Source of the DNA: Saccostrea cucullata | Lineage: Eukaryota | Assembly (NCBI RefSeq): GCF_032062105.1 | Contig: NW_026922597.1 | Span: 62,001 to 126,000 of the forward strand | Length of the DNA: 64,000 bases | Direction of reading: 5' to 3' | In this document: in pieces, positions 25,601-37,845 of the stretch | How positions within the stretch are numbered: the first letter of the stretch is position 1 | Layout of the letters: the number at the start of each line of letters is the position of its first letter | Notes under the pieces: model-generated | What the model was told of the DNA's origin: nothing | The model's input: only the letters and a program-made list of their open reading frames with translations | The model's database searches: none | Program-made: the position numbers and the translations under genes

Positions 25601-27883
25601 GATGTTAGCTTTTGTTGACGACGTTTCTGGAGTTTTTTATCTCTATAAAATTGTATTCTTTCTTTGGGAGACATATTCGTACCCATGCTCTCATCCACTT
25701 TCTGAAAAGGGAAATAAAGTGAAAAACCTTGATGAATATGTTATTAATTTTTTTTATCGCTATGCGGATGTGTAGTGATTTCAATGAAAGACTTTATTCG
25801 ATTTTCAATTTTAGAAACTTTGGAATTGGATTGGTTTCTGATTTTCATGACCATCATTAGCACTACTACAGCATGAATTCAAATAATAATAACTTTAAAA
25901 AAATGATTTTAATTCTAGGGAGGGGGTTGGCATAGGAATTCTTTGACAATGAAAAAAGATGGACATTGCACTTTTTATATACTAGGGGCACAACAAATAT
26001 GTAGCATTGTACATGTTTTTTTTTATTAATTATATACATGTATTTTTTATTTTACATGTCAGTTGCAATTTTTTCCCCAGACAAGACCTTCTAGATCGAT
26101 ATTATACATGTAGGTGCCTACTAAGTGTCCCCCTTTTTTATTGTAAATTATTTCAAATTATGTCTTAAAATAAGGGGAAGAGGAGATGATTTCCTTTGAA
26201 AAGCACAAATGTGGCATTTTAAATATTCCTTGTATCCGCGGTCACAATATGTTTCACAAAGGCCTGACAAATATATTTTTAAAGCACTTGTCCAAATGCA
26301 AGTCATGGGCGTCGGAAGCAAATTGAAAAGGGGGAGGGTAAACCAACAGAAAAAGGTAAACCCAAATTTTCAATGGCCTATACATTGTCTAATTTTGCAT
26401 AAAAAAATAAAAAAGTGGGGGCGGGGGGCTAAGCTCCACTAGCCCCCCCCCCCCGCTCCGACGCCTATGCAAGTACATGTACATGTTTAAAATTCACTTG
26501 CCCTACCTAAACTTTTGATTGCCCTTCCATAAATTAATACTGTATTTATAAATATTTAAAAAAAAAAAAGAGGAAGACAAATACTGAGTAGATCATGCAA
26601 ACCCAGGGCCATGCTTAGTTTTAAATCTATGGCTTTAAATTTGATTTTATTTTTGACAAGTCACTTTCCCGTGGTTGATAAAATTTCACTTGCCCGCTCC
26701 TAAAACTCAATAGACCCTGGCGTCGGGCAAAAGGATTTGTCACCCCCTGCTCACTCTGCGAGAATGAAAAATACTGTTTAGTGAAGATGGTGAAGAACAG
26801 CAAAGAGGGTAATCAGCTGGGAAAAAACTTGGTAAGACTATATCTCGGACATAAATTTGGTCCATTCATTGATCAGTGACGTAGGATCGTTTTTGAAGGG
26901 GGGGGGGGCAACCAGATAGAAAAAAAAATAACTAACCTAAAAAAGTTCACAAGCAAAAAAAAAAAAATTAAATAAATGAAAACAAAAACTCGTCGGAAAA
27001 TCCTATATCGTTGGGGTGAGAGTGGGGGTAGAGGCAAACCTTTTTTCCAATGCCAACTTCTTCCAGTTCGAATTTTTTTCCATACAACACTACATTTCCT
27101 CTATATCACTTTACTATAGTAACGAATGGGGGATCAGACCCCCCCCCCCTTCCCCGTTGCTAAGTGCCTGCTGATCTATATAGAATGTCAGAGTACAAGT
27201 AGCTTACATTAAAAATTATTCATTATTTTTGGACGTGAAAAACATATGGCTATGCATGATAATACGGTATTGAAATTATATTTTACACTCTATATCATGA
27301 AAAACTTTCACCTAGATTTCTGTTCTATAAAAAATTCCACATCCATCGATATGTACCTGGGTTCACATTTAATTGGAGAAGAAGTAATAGAAATATATTT
27401 TAAAAATCCGGAAATTAAAAATATATACCGGTATATACTTGTGTGTGAAATGAAAAGTTGAAAATGTTAGAAATGCTGCTCAAAAAAAGTAATTCAACGT
27501 TACAAGACTAAACGTTGCGTAACGTCGCGCCAAACTAATACGGGACATTTCTTTGGACATTGTAAAATCTTGGTAATTTTCAAACTGATTCGGGTTAAAG
27601 TTCAATTTTGTACTATCTCTATAGTAAATTTTATGTACTTTTTGCTGGTTACACTTATATTTAAATTTAATTTTATATATAAGTCGTAATTATAAGACAA
27701 AATGACAGAATTGCTCAAAAGGGTTAATATTTTTAGGATTGGGACATTTCACTGGACACATAGAAAATCAACGTGCTTTAAAAATCTTGTCAGAATTATA
27801 TAATTTTTGAATACACTGTGATCCGTTGTAAATGTACTTTATAACTGTACCAAAAATATTTTACTTACCCTTGCTTTAGCCAT
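22652..27883 (-). CDS. DDD transposase, Sola2-like; three exons, ~892 aa, one frameshift in a homopolymer
   Basis: Exons 27883-27869 (MAKAR|gtaagt), 25701-23801 (ttttcag|KVDESMG...TAHAK-G|gtgaag) and 23415-22652 (ttacag|GPQDAAGGLLKRQAD...stop). Motifs CCCRYH, CLKRICADCG, HDFSENY...LQSSYF, SNDQQHD, FTDGCAAQYKSR, HAKGPQDAAGG, RELSCFCDKC. Removing one T from T7 at 24619-24625 joins ORFs 24529-25698 and 23763-24404. Superfamily assignment is from recalled motifs. Confidence 0.8.
26304..26469. mobile_element. MITE with 5-bp TSD (hAT5-like) in transposase intron 1
   Basis: catgggcgtcggaagc...gctccgacgcctatg; TSD caagt/caagt. Confidence 0.8.
26874..27170. mobile_element. MITE with 5-bp TSD (hAT5-like), same family as 45772-46113
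   Basis: cagtgacgtaggatcgtttttgaag...gctaagtgcctg; flanks ttgat/ctgat; internal similarity to 45772-46113. Confidence 0.7.
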
Positions 27884-29454
27884 TTTATTGGCGATTTAAT
27901 CTTCTAGTTGTTAAAGATGAACAAAACGGGACACCACGGACTTCGCCATTTTCAAGGTCGTAATTTCAGTTTCACCAACTGGACGTTTGAATTGATTATG
28001 ACGTCATTTTTTAATTTAGATGACATAATAAATTATCAATTTTCATGCTTCTTGGCGCAAAATTAATCATGAAATTATTATTTTTATGAAGCGCATGATG
28101 ATTTTTTGTAACGCTGGGACATCATAAAATGACGACGTAACTGTTCATTTAGCGCTAATTTTATCTATAAAAATTGTCTGAAAATATATTTTAAATATGC
28201 TGTGATCATTATTTGTAAAATTCCCTTTCTAATGATATGTAACACTCAATATTTTTGCAAATAACCACTGCTGTTAACTTTATTAAATTATCCTCTGACG
28301 CATATTTGTAAAAGTAACACCAGTATTGTGCGCGACGTCGGGCATCACGCGACATCGTAGCTAACGTAAACAACGGCAGCTGATGCAGAAGCACCGCATC
28401 AATTTTCGTCTAGCGATCGCTTCACAGTCATTGTCATTTGAAACTGAATGTATACGTATTGTAAGCAACATATTTTATTCTAAAAAAGAACATTTTCTTT
28501 AATAATTGGTGTTTATTTACCTTAAATGAACTGCAATATTACAACATGCACCATGTAAAACGTGCGGAGATAGAGTGTTTATGTTACGCTAACTATCTAT
28601 CATCTTCTTACAATTTAAGCATAAAATATTTGTGAAAATCAAAACAAAAGAAGGTTTAAGCATAAAAACACTCATTTACATTTTATTTTTTACTTTGATG
28701 ATTTTTTAAAAATTAATTTCTTTTATAACTATACCACTAACGCGGGCGGATCCAACTGAGAATATTGAGAAGTACTGAATGAATAAAAGTCCATAAAACA
28801 TCTGTAAATAGACCAATATATTTTTAAAAAAAATTATTTTAACATAACGTTTTTAGCTATTTTATTGAGACAACTTTAAATATGTTTTAATTAATTAAAT
28901 ATTAACTATGTGTAATATTATAGAATGATTTAAAAATATGTTGCATGTGTATATCAATATCAAAATTGCAACTTCAAAGTAAATAATTATACAAATTTAT
29001 TTAAACAGTAGTTTTTAAAAAATAATTTTAATCAAACAAAAAAAATTGTCTGTGTCATGTGCACTGTGTGTGTAAAATTCTGCTTAACTTTTAAAATCAT
29101 TTTAAAATAAGGTTAACAATGCTATTTACAATTTTTGGGACTTTTAAAGCTGTACAAGATTTAGACTGTGTATTGACATTGAGAGTACTTCAACAGTTAT
29201 AGCTTCTGACTAGTGATGCAAAGTCTCTGATTCAATACCTGGTTATCTAATAATAAATTTCATCATTAACATTTATTAAAACATAAAAAAATGTTAGTTT
29301 GCCAGATATGATACAAGAATCCAAATACATGTACATGTATTGAAGACCTTTCCTTTGTTTAGGACTTCATTTTGTTGATATGATATTTCATCCATCACTT
29401 GTATATATTTTTGTAACAATACAATCCGACTTCCCTGTCTCTATTTCATGCACA

Positions 29455-29770
29455 TCTAACAAGAAGTCTGTGAGCCAATGCTCACCAATCAAACCCCTGC
29501 TCTGATGTGAATATACAATATTATATTAATAAACTGAAGTTACAGTTACAGGCAGATGCACTGATCAATAGGAAGTTGACATCCGATTCATAGAAAAATG
29601 AAATCCAACCAAATGGCATGCCTCAGCAAAGAATGTGCTAAACTTTCAAGCATCTGTGATGAGTAGTTGCTGAGAAAACTGCAACCAAAAATTTGTTTTG
29701 GACAGACAGACTGACTGGCACACACAGGTAAAACAGTATTCCCTCTCTCCTTTGGATGGGGTATAAAAAT
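29455..29770 (-). mobile_element. HINE/pearl-like non-autonomous element
   Basis: aacaaga... at one end; (gaca)n microsatellite and ggggtataaaaa at the other, the reverse-oriented architecture of Helentron-associated elements. Confidence 0.55.
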
Positions 29771-30959
29771 AGAATTTATACATCCTATGTTTATTTTCAT
29801 TACTTATACATACACTGTATATGAAATCTCAGTGATTGTATAGCTGCGGAAATATATAATTCAATTGAGAGAAAGGTCACAGAAGTACTGTAGACAAAAT
29901 ATCTGGCTTCTATTCCTCATGAAAAAATTTAAGCAGGTATCCTACTCTTTCTTAAGCATATTCATTTTGAATATAGTCAAACTATCCTTATGATTGAAGA
30001 AAAAAAAAAAAACTAGGAAAAATAATATAGTATCTTTATCAATTAGTCCGACAATAAGTGAAAAAATTGCATTCAGCAGAAAAAAAAAAAAAAGAATTCC
30101 TAAATTTCCTTTTTGTATGATCATTGTACAACAATCCCCTACTCTCCCCCTCCCCTAAAAAACTGTGTATGAAAAAAAAATTACAAATTTAGTAAAATTA
30201 GATTCTTTGATTCACTCGTCAATGGATCACTGTATAATGTTTAGCAATTTATGAAGCAGACATGAAAGAAACCATACGTGGATTTGGGTGTTACCATGTA
30301 CCCCTCAATATATTAAATCCCATGGATACAATATATACACATCACACAATACAATAAGCTTATCTATACAGTTGTCGTGTCCCTCCACTTATTAATATGA
30401 ACATTGTTTTTGTTTGTCAAAACATTAGTTTTCAGTTGATCCCGGCCCTCTTCCTTCATCACCCTGAAATTTCTTCAACAGACCTGGCAGCTAGATCTAG
30501 GGCTCAATTTTAAAATGTGGGTAAATCACATTCATATATATAGCACATGACATCCCAAGGATCAAGTGCTAAAGAGAGTCAAGTATTCTCAATTGAAAAC
30601 AATTTTACATACATGTACAAATTTATTATGATTATTACATGTATTTTTACAAGCTGAAATAAAAATACAAGTTTTAATATCATGTCAATTTTTTTTTCTT
30701 TCCTTTTAAATAGTGATATTGTAACAACTTTGAAAAAAAAACATTCATTTGATTTTTCTGAGTATACATGCAAATATATGCAAAGACATTGCATATAATA
30801 AAGTAAGTACGATAGGTATTTGCATTGTATTTCAAATAGTTGTAATATAACATGTATAATCTGTTCAAGAAATATGTCAGTCTGCAAACATCTTGGTCAA
30901 ATTTGTAAAATTAAAATATCCATGGGAAATGTAAATCCTTAATATTTAGTTGAAGCTAA

Positions 30960-31345
30960 GGCCATTCCAAGTTTTTTATCTCTTTAGTGTCCGTCCATCT
31001 TTCAAAAACCTAGCTACCTATTCGCTAAAAACACACAGGTACAAAAAAAATAAAACACATATTTTATAGTAATATAAATGATGCAATTCAAAAGATATGA
31101 TTTCATATATCTATTTTTCATAAAGAAAGTTATTTTCTTCAGCAAAATCAAGGCATTAAATACTAAAATTATTCCAATGATGATATACATGTATTATTCA
31201 AATATTCAGAGATATTGCTGGAAATCAAAAATTTTGACCTGAATAATCAATTTTCGAACTCCCAATTCTGTTTGTTTTTTCTGACATGGGGTGTCAAAAA
31301 CCAAGGCGCACGCAGACACTAAACATAAAAAAAATTGGAATGGCC
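30960..31345. mobile_element. PIF/Harbinger-type MITE
   Basis: taa-ggccattccaa...ttggaatggcc-taa; TAA TSD. Confidence 0.85.
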
Positions 31346-32536
31346 TAATCAGTATTTTGATGTTAATAAGTGTACTTTATCTTTCAACAAAAATATGTAC
31401 ATGAGCGGTATTCTAAAGTTCATAAAAAATGTCCTAGCAAATTCAAAAGGACAATGTTAAGCCCTCTCTCTTTCAGTTTCTATCACAAAATAGACTGTAT
31501 ATGATTTCTCTACATTTAATCAAGATGAGATAAAATCCATGCGTGGATATCGTGACTTTTGATTATTGTTATCCCATACGAGTCCAACAGCTACATGGTA
31601 GGGCTGCCACAGTCTGGATTTGAATTGAGGATTCTTCAAAATCTGTAATGAGGAGATTATACATTTCAAAGGAGTAGGACCAATATTCTTCAGAGTTTAA
31701 TATCTATGATTTTATCAGACAGAAATCTGTTATAACAGAAAATAGCACAAAGACTATCATTTATGATAATTAATAATTAAGTATAATTTTATAAAATGAT
31801 TATAATAATAAATATAAATGCATTTTGAATCTACAAGTGGTTTCAAATCATTAGAAATAGCCTTGATTTATTAAACAGTTTCAAAAACCTGCAGCACATT
31901 TCACACATTTCTCGACATCTTTCTCAAGATGAGTCATTCAATCATTCAATATAACTGCATTTCAAAGCAAAAATTGCAATAAAGCTAAACAACTTGATCT
32001 CCTTTAAATATGAAATATGTAGAGTTAAAACTTACTTGAGGCATATACTGTTTATATTGCCATGCAGTGTTGAAAGAGCACTCTTCTGAAAAAATAGATA
32101 GGTACATGTAATCATGTATAATTATAAAAATTTGATAATTTCCTAACGAAATATCTTTGATAATTTTTAAAATCATTGCTGTTAAGTACGATTCATATAT
32201 TGTAAATATTCATTTCTAAAACTAAATATTTACCAAATAAAGATTTGCTTTGCAAATTTGAGGAAGATCTTAGCATATTACAAATTATTTATGTTTGTAA
32301 TTTGGTGGTATTATGTCACAATGCTACTATATTTATCTACTTTTTGATCCAATTTCATTGGCTTTTTATAACAGATGGAACAAAAAATGCATCATTTTTA
32401 TTTTCAAACCTTTAAATTCCTTTTTTTTTTTAATTTGAATACATGTATTTACACAGGGATTCACTTTAATTTCAAAACTAATTTGTTTAATATTCAAATA
32501 ACATAGTTTGAAAGCACAATGACATGTACGTCCTGC

Positions 32537-32716
32537 TACTTACTTCATGTACTTACTTCGGCCCGTCGTTCTATGAGGAACATAGGCCATCGACGACAGT
32601 CCTCCAACGAACTCGATTTGGAGCTGCTTTAGCTGCATCCTGCCTTGTCATATCCTGTGTTTTTAACTCTGACTCCGAGTCAAGCCTCCAGGTGTTTCTA
32701 GGACATCCTCTCTTCT
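32537..32716 (-). mobile_element. RTE-clade LINE 3' fragment
   Basis: Minus strand reads KRGCPRNTWRLDSESELK...AAKAAPNRVRWRTVVDGLCSS*, followed by an (aagt)n tail, matching the RTE C-terminal pattern RGRP..TW...A.DR..WR. Confidence 0.8.
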
Positions 32717-33949
32717 ACAATAATATTAAATTGTGTAAAATTGCACAATTTTGCATCATATGCATGCACCATGGATATTTTTTCTGGAATAACTATACAT
32801 GAATCAATATTAAAATCCTTTTGGTTTCCTTTTATTTATTTTGTTTATTTATTTTATTTCTCCTTGTTTAATTGACTGAACATGAATTTGAGGATAGTCA
32901 TACCTTATTTTATGCATGTAAAATATTTGCTATATTTATGTACAGTGTATTTTAAAATATATCTATATATCACTCAATTTTAAATTTTTCTGCAAATAGC
33001 TATAGCCATATAATAAAAGTATTCAAAATTGCAGTGATGAAAAAAAATATTTTCATGGGAAAAATACTTTTTTCAAGGTGTCTTTATATCTTTCATATTT
33101 CTTGACAACCTTGTACATGCAAGAGTTTCTGTATAAACAATGTCAATACTAAACCATGAATGACTAGTATTAAATTAGTAAAGTACAGTGAAGGTGTAAT
33201 GAATCAATGACTCTTAATTTATATGTATAACAAACAAAATATAATATATTCATATTATATTAATGATATTAATTCAAAATAATGTTCAATCTTGGATATT
33301 GTTCATTAGAACTCATCTTATACCGATGTATTATATTTTTTCGATATCTCACCCCCTTTGGCCGATTTCAAAGCTCTATAAAAAATTGAAATTTTGTCTC
33401 AGTCCTTCGAAAAAAAAATTGCCTAGCATCCAAATCATCTCCACCTAAGACCACAAAAATTACAGTACTGAAATATAACGCATATAGCCAGGGCAATGCA
33501 AAACATGACCGACCTCCTAAGTACAGGAAGCGTTTCATTCGGCCACGTGGTTTTGACAACCTTGAGTAAATATGCAACTTACGTCATTAAAGTGGAAATC
33601 AAAGATAAAATACTTGTATATGGTCAAAAAACATTACCTTGGGGTCTCTTCTGCACACCTAGGTACACTTGTTACGACGCAGGTAAATTATACGCGGCGA
33701 TTATATTCGCTGCATCGTCAGCTGCGGAGCTCGATTCGGCCATTGTTTTTGTGACGTCAGCCCCCAATGTTTGCCCCCAGTCCAAGATGGCGGCCAATAA
33801 CCTTGATAGGGATTCCTGTCAGTTCAAAAAATCTCATTATCATATTGCTAAAATAGGCTAAAAAAAAAATCTTAAGCCTAGAGAATTTAGTTCAATGTCT
33901 TGGCTTTCTGTTGAACGTTAGACATTACCTTAGGTCCTAGTATATCCCG

Positions 33950-34080
33950 AAACAGTCCAAATACGAGCGCTTATTATCGAACGCCCCGTCGTAAACAAAA
34001 ATATTGTGATGGGATTGGGCCATAAAATGTCAACAGCTGTGTCAACCTCTGTATGAAGAGTAGTGGCAGATAGCTTAGGT
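33950..34080 (+). promoter_or_regulatory. Putative promoter and non-coding first exon of the right TRIM-like gene
   Basis: Homologous to the reverse complement of 8360-8480; candidate donor ttag|gtagaa at ~34079; acceptor ttatatttcagcag at 35634-35647. Confidence 0.6.
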
Positions 34081-34397
34081 AGAATGTGTTCATTTTCATA
34101 CAAAAATTAAAATTTCTAAAGAATAATTTAGACTTATTCACCTCATTACAAAACATAACAGTAAACACATGCTGGTTTTAATCAATATCATAACCTGATA
34201 ACGTTAGTAGCTAGGGGGTGACAGGCGCTTTCATGCAGTAGTAACAGTACACTAGCTTTCTACTAATTGATATTAGATACCTGTAATTATTACTGTTTGT
34301 GCTAAAACATGTATGTATATACCTATTATATATATTTTTTAAAGGAATTAATACAGTTTTATTTTTTTCCTAAAAATTCAAGGTCCTTACATCCAGT

Positions 34398-35592
34398 CAT
34401 ACATGCCAACTTTTGAAAATTCCCATGGGGGATTTAGCGCGTGACGACAATTTTCAAAGCTTTAAATTCGCGACATTTTGTCGTGAAATTAAATGATTAT
34501 GAAATTATCTTCTTTTGAAAATTTATAATATTGATATCACTTATCAATAAGAATAAAACTTAAGGATTAATTTAACACAAAAAATAATGTTTTTCTTTCC
34601 AAAATTGAAATATTTTTGCTTAAATAGATGCCTCTCTCACTCAAGAAGGGGTATTTAGTTACATTTGTAAACAACATTTTTTTTTTCTACCAGAATACAA
34701 TTAAGTGAAAAAATTGAAAATTGTACAACTTTTAAATCATTTTTTTTCAAAGGCTAAAAATATATGAGGTATTGATACTGTAAAGTCCTGTTTCTAGAAA
34801 CATTTTTGAGATTTTTAATTTGTATTTCAATTAATTAGAAATTCTAGTAAGATATTGAATTTACAGAAATTTATACCACGTATCCAAAATAGAATTATTT
34901 TTTTACAGTCATGAAATTTGTCAGGCTTGATGGTGCCATGTGGGTATTTCCTTAAGTCAAGCACATACCTAACATATTACTTTTGGGAGAAGGGAGGGAA
35001 AAGAAATTCTAATTGACATACACTTGATTGTTTCATCTTAATTTTTAATAATATTTTAACTGGCAAACTTTACAATATCATTTTTCATTATAAGTAGATA
35101 AATTCAGCAGCTAGGCTTTATTAGTTTTCTACTTTCGTTTTCAAAAAACGATCTCTTTGGATTCCGATTTTATGGTTTGATTTGCATTTTATTGTCTTTA
35201 ATTTATGTTTTTAATAAAATGACTAACAATTATCCTATTAATCTATGTGTTTCACCTTGCATACCCTTTAAAATTGACAAGATAATCCCCTAATTGCCCC
35301 AAGCTATAGGCTTCTTGCACCAGTGGACAACTTCGTGCGTTCAAGCGTGAAGTGATTTCCTGTGGGTAATTAACACCATGAAACTTATCTGTGTGCATTG
35401 AATAAACAAGTCTGACATTGTTACCCCAATTGTCAAAATTCAGCAGTAGGGAAACTTTTAAAATCGGAAGTTTTGGTGATTTTTTTTTTCAAATCGGGAA
35501 ATAAGGGCAATTTTGCTTTCCCGATCGGGATAGCGGGATGAAAGGGTAAAATCGGGAGGATCCCGCCTAAATCGGGAAAGTTGGCATGTATG
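34398..35592. mobile_element. Non-autonomous hAT element in the 5'UTR intron of the TRIM-like gene
   Basis: 16-bp TIR catacatgccaacttt/aaagttggcatgtatg; 8-bp flanks catccagt/catcctgg; atcggga subterminal repeats; absent from the paralogous intron at 8090-8360. Confidence 0.85.
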
Positions 35593-35688
35593 CATCCTGG
35601 ATAAACTCACTATATCTGTGTGTAATTCTTATTTTATATTTCAGCAGATTTTTTGTTTCATACGTTTAACAATTATACCACCAATATC

Positions 35689-37536
35689 ATGGACATGCTA
35701 GGAAGAAGTACACAGTGTTGTAGAGTACTACAGTGTTTTCAATGTGCGGGAGACACGGAATACTACTGCAACACGTGTAAACATGACCTGTGTCTACAGT
35801 GCAAAAAGGAACATGATACAAACTCCCATACAAAGTTTCATAAAGTGGTGTTATATAGGACACAATATTACAAGAAAGGCTTTTCTTCGTGCTGTAGAGT
35901 ACGACAGTGTTTTCAATGTCAGGGAGACACAGAATTCTACTGTAACACGTGTAAACATGACCTGTGTCTACAGTGTAAAGAGGAACATGCTATCAATTTA
36001 AATACCATAGATCACGACCTTGTGATTTACCAAGAGAGGTATGAAAATATCCCCAAACAAGAGACCTGTGTGAGACATCCAGATAGAATGTATGAAATGT
36101 ACTGTTCATCATGTGAACTACCTGTCTGTGTTCAATGTGAAGAACACAGAAAACACAGAGTACTGGACATCAGACAGTCATATAATACTAACCGTCAACA
36201 ACACAGAGAAATCATTCATAACATTAGAAGTTATAATATCTATAAAATGTGTTTTCTTCTGAATGGAATCAAATTCGCTAGAAAAAATTGTTCTGTGGAA
36301 ATCTCCAACAGTCAGGTAGAAATGTCAATGAAAGCCCAGAGACTAAAGAACCTTATAGATGCTGTGATATGTGGTGTTAAAATCAAACAGAAATCTTTGA
36401 TGATACATAGATTAAATCAACAGCATAATATAATGAAAAGACACCTTGCCAGCATAGAGAACTGTGATCACAGATTTGAAGGATTGGCAAAAACACCAGT
36501 AAAATTCCTCTCATTTCTGAAGAAAACACGTGCACATGCCATTAAGATAAAGGGTACCCCAAATCTTACACAACACTCCTTGCTCTCCGTGGCTGAAGAA
36601 ATCAACTTGGAAGATGTGATTAGGTTACTAAGTGAAACTCAAATTATAGAGTCTGCAAGAAAAATTCCGAAAAATGAAGATCTGCTGTACCTGTTGTCTA
36701 GCTCCATGTTACGTAGATCTGTCACAGTGAAAGGTGTTGAACGCGTAACACACATATCCCATGTGACATCAGACAAGGTCTGGGTCAGTAATATGGACAA
36801 TATCATGTTAATAAACACAGAAGGTGATGTACTGTATCATTTGACAAGTTTTAATGTTTCAGAGCTATTGTGCGTACATACCGTGAAATTGACTGGTGAA
36901 CTTATATTTATAGACTGGTATGGTAACATAAACACATTATCAAAAGATAACAAAATACAGTCTACACTGATAGAAAAAACAGAAATATGGGAAGCACGTT
37001 GTGTTTTCTGTTCCCCTTCCAATGGAGATTTGCTGGTCGTGATGTATAGAGATGATCCTATAGAAATGGCCAATGTAACACGTTACAACGACAGAGGACA
37101 GCTTACCCAGACAGTACAAAATAATAACAGAGGGCAGAGACTGTATCGTAGACCTATGTTCATCACAGAGAACCGTAATAGAGATGTTATTGTGTCTGAT
37201 GATGACCGTGTAGTGGTGACAGAGCCTGGAGGAAGACATCGGTTCTCCTACACAGGTCCTCCTGTAGGATTTGTAGGACTGGCACCTCTAGGTATCTGTA
37301 CAGACGTGATGTCACACATTCTGGTGTGTGATGATAACACCAGCTCAGTGCATATGATTGACAAAGATGGCCACTTTTTGTCACTGATATTGACACAAGA
37401 ACAAGGTATAGCCAGACCAGTGTCCCTGAGTTATGATGACAAAACTCACCTACTCTGGGTAGGAAGTGGCGAAATAACAGAATATGTGTATACAGATACA
37501 TTGGGAGAAAGGGGATTTAATCTGACAGCAAGGTAA
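35689..37536 (+). CDS. RING-less TRIM-like protein (three B-boxes, coiled coil, NHL-like beta-propeller), 615 aa in a single coding exon
   Basis: ATG at 35689 (MDMLG, matching paralog MDVLG), downstream of a splice acceptor. CxxC..YCxTCxHDLCLQCK..H occurs twice, then CVRH...CSSCELPVCVQC..H..H, a helical linker, and propeller motifs PMFITENRNRDVIVSD, GRHRFSYTG, PLGICTDVMSHILVCD, VHMIDKDGHFLS, LSYDDKTHLLWVGS. Confidence 0.9.
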   Translation: MDMLGRSTQCCRVLQCFQCAGDTEYYCNTCKHDLCLQCKKEHDTNSHTKFHKVVLYRTQYYKKGFSSCCRVRQCFQCQGDTEFYCNTCKHDLCLQCKEEHAINLNTIDHDLVIYQERYENIPKQETCVRHPDRMYEMYCSSCELPVCVQCEEHRKHRVLDIRQSYNTNRQQHREIIHNIRSYNIYKMCFLLNGIKFARKNCSVEISNSQVEMSMKAQRLKNLIDAVICGVKIKQKSLMIHRLNQQHNIMKRHLASIENCDHRFEGLAKTPVKFLSFLKKTRAHAIKIKGTPNLTQHSLLSVAEEINLEDVIRLLSETQIIESARKIPKNEDLLYLLSSSMLRRSVTVKGVERVTHISHVTSDKVWVSNMDNIMLINTEGDVLYHLTSFNVSELLCVHTVKLTGELIFIDWYGNINTLSKDNKIQSTLIEKTEIWEARCVFCSPSNGDLLVVMYRDDPIEMANVTRYNDRGQLTQTVQNNNRGQRLYRRPMFITENRNRDVIVSDDDRVVVTEPGGRHRFSYTGPPVGFVGLAPLGICTDVMSHILVCDDNTSSVHMIDKDGHFLSLILTQEQGIARPVSLSYDDKTHLLWVGSGEITEYVYTDTLGERGFNLTAR

Positions 37537-37639
37537 CTTAAATTGGTTAATAATAAGATACATGTACACACATGGTCATGAAATGGGGCATTGAAATTTG
37601 TCAACTGGTTACTTGTACACAAGATTTTGTATTCTCTTT

Positions 37640-37845
37640 GCAGGGCAGTTGTTAAAGCGTTTGCTGTAGGGTCTGGAAGTAAGGAGTTGATCCTTTTACT
37701 GCACATTCAAATCCCACTGCAGGCATGAGGAACGATCCTTTGGATGATATCATACTTGCATATGTATAAACCCCGTGTGGCAGCAGGTGCCGACATGAAA
37801 AAGATCCTCATTGCTCAAAGGTTCTGAGTGCCGAGAAGGGGTCTA
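37640..37845 (+). mobile_element. Degenerate tRNA-derived SINE, related to 55613-55895
   Basis: gcagttgttaaagcg...aaggagttgatcctt...ttcaaatccc; shared core ccc.tgt.gcag.aggtgc.g.ca..aaaaagatcc...gctcaa.gg...tgagtgccgag. Confidence 0.65.

Noticed and set aside
33496-33861. 121-aa + strand ORF
   Set aside because: No recognisable motif; overlaps a CpG-rich promoter-like or transposon-end sequence.
35653-35688. ORF-track start (TTG at 35653) for the TRIM-like gene
   Set aside because: Non-ATG start; the paralog begins at the equivalent of ATG 35689.
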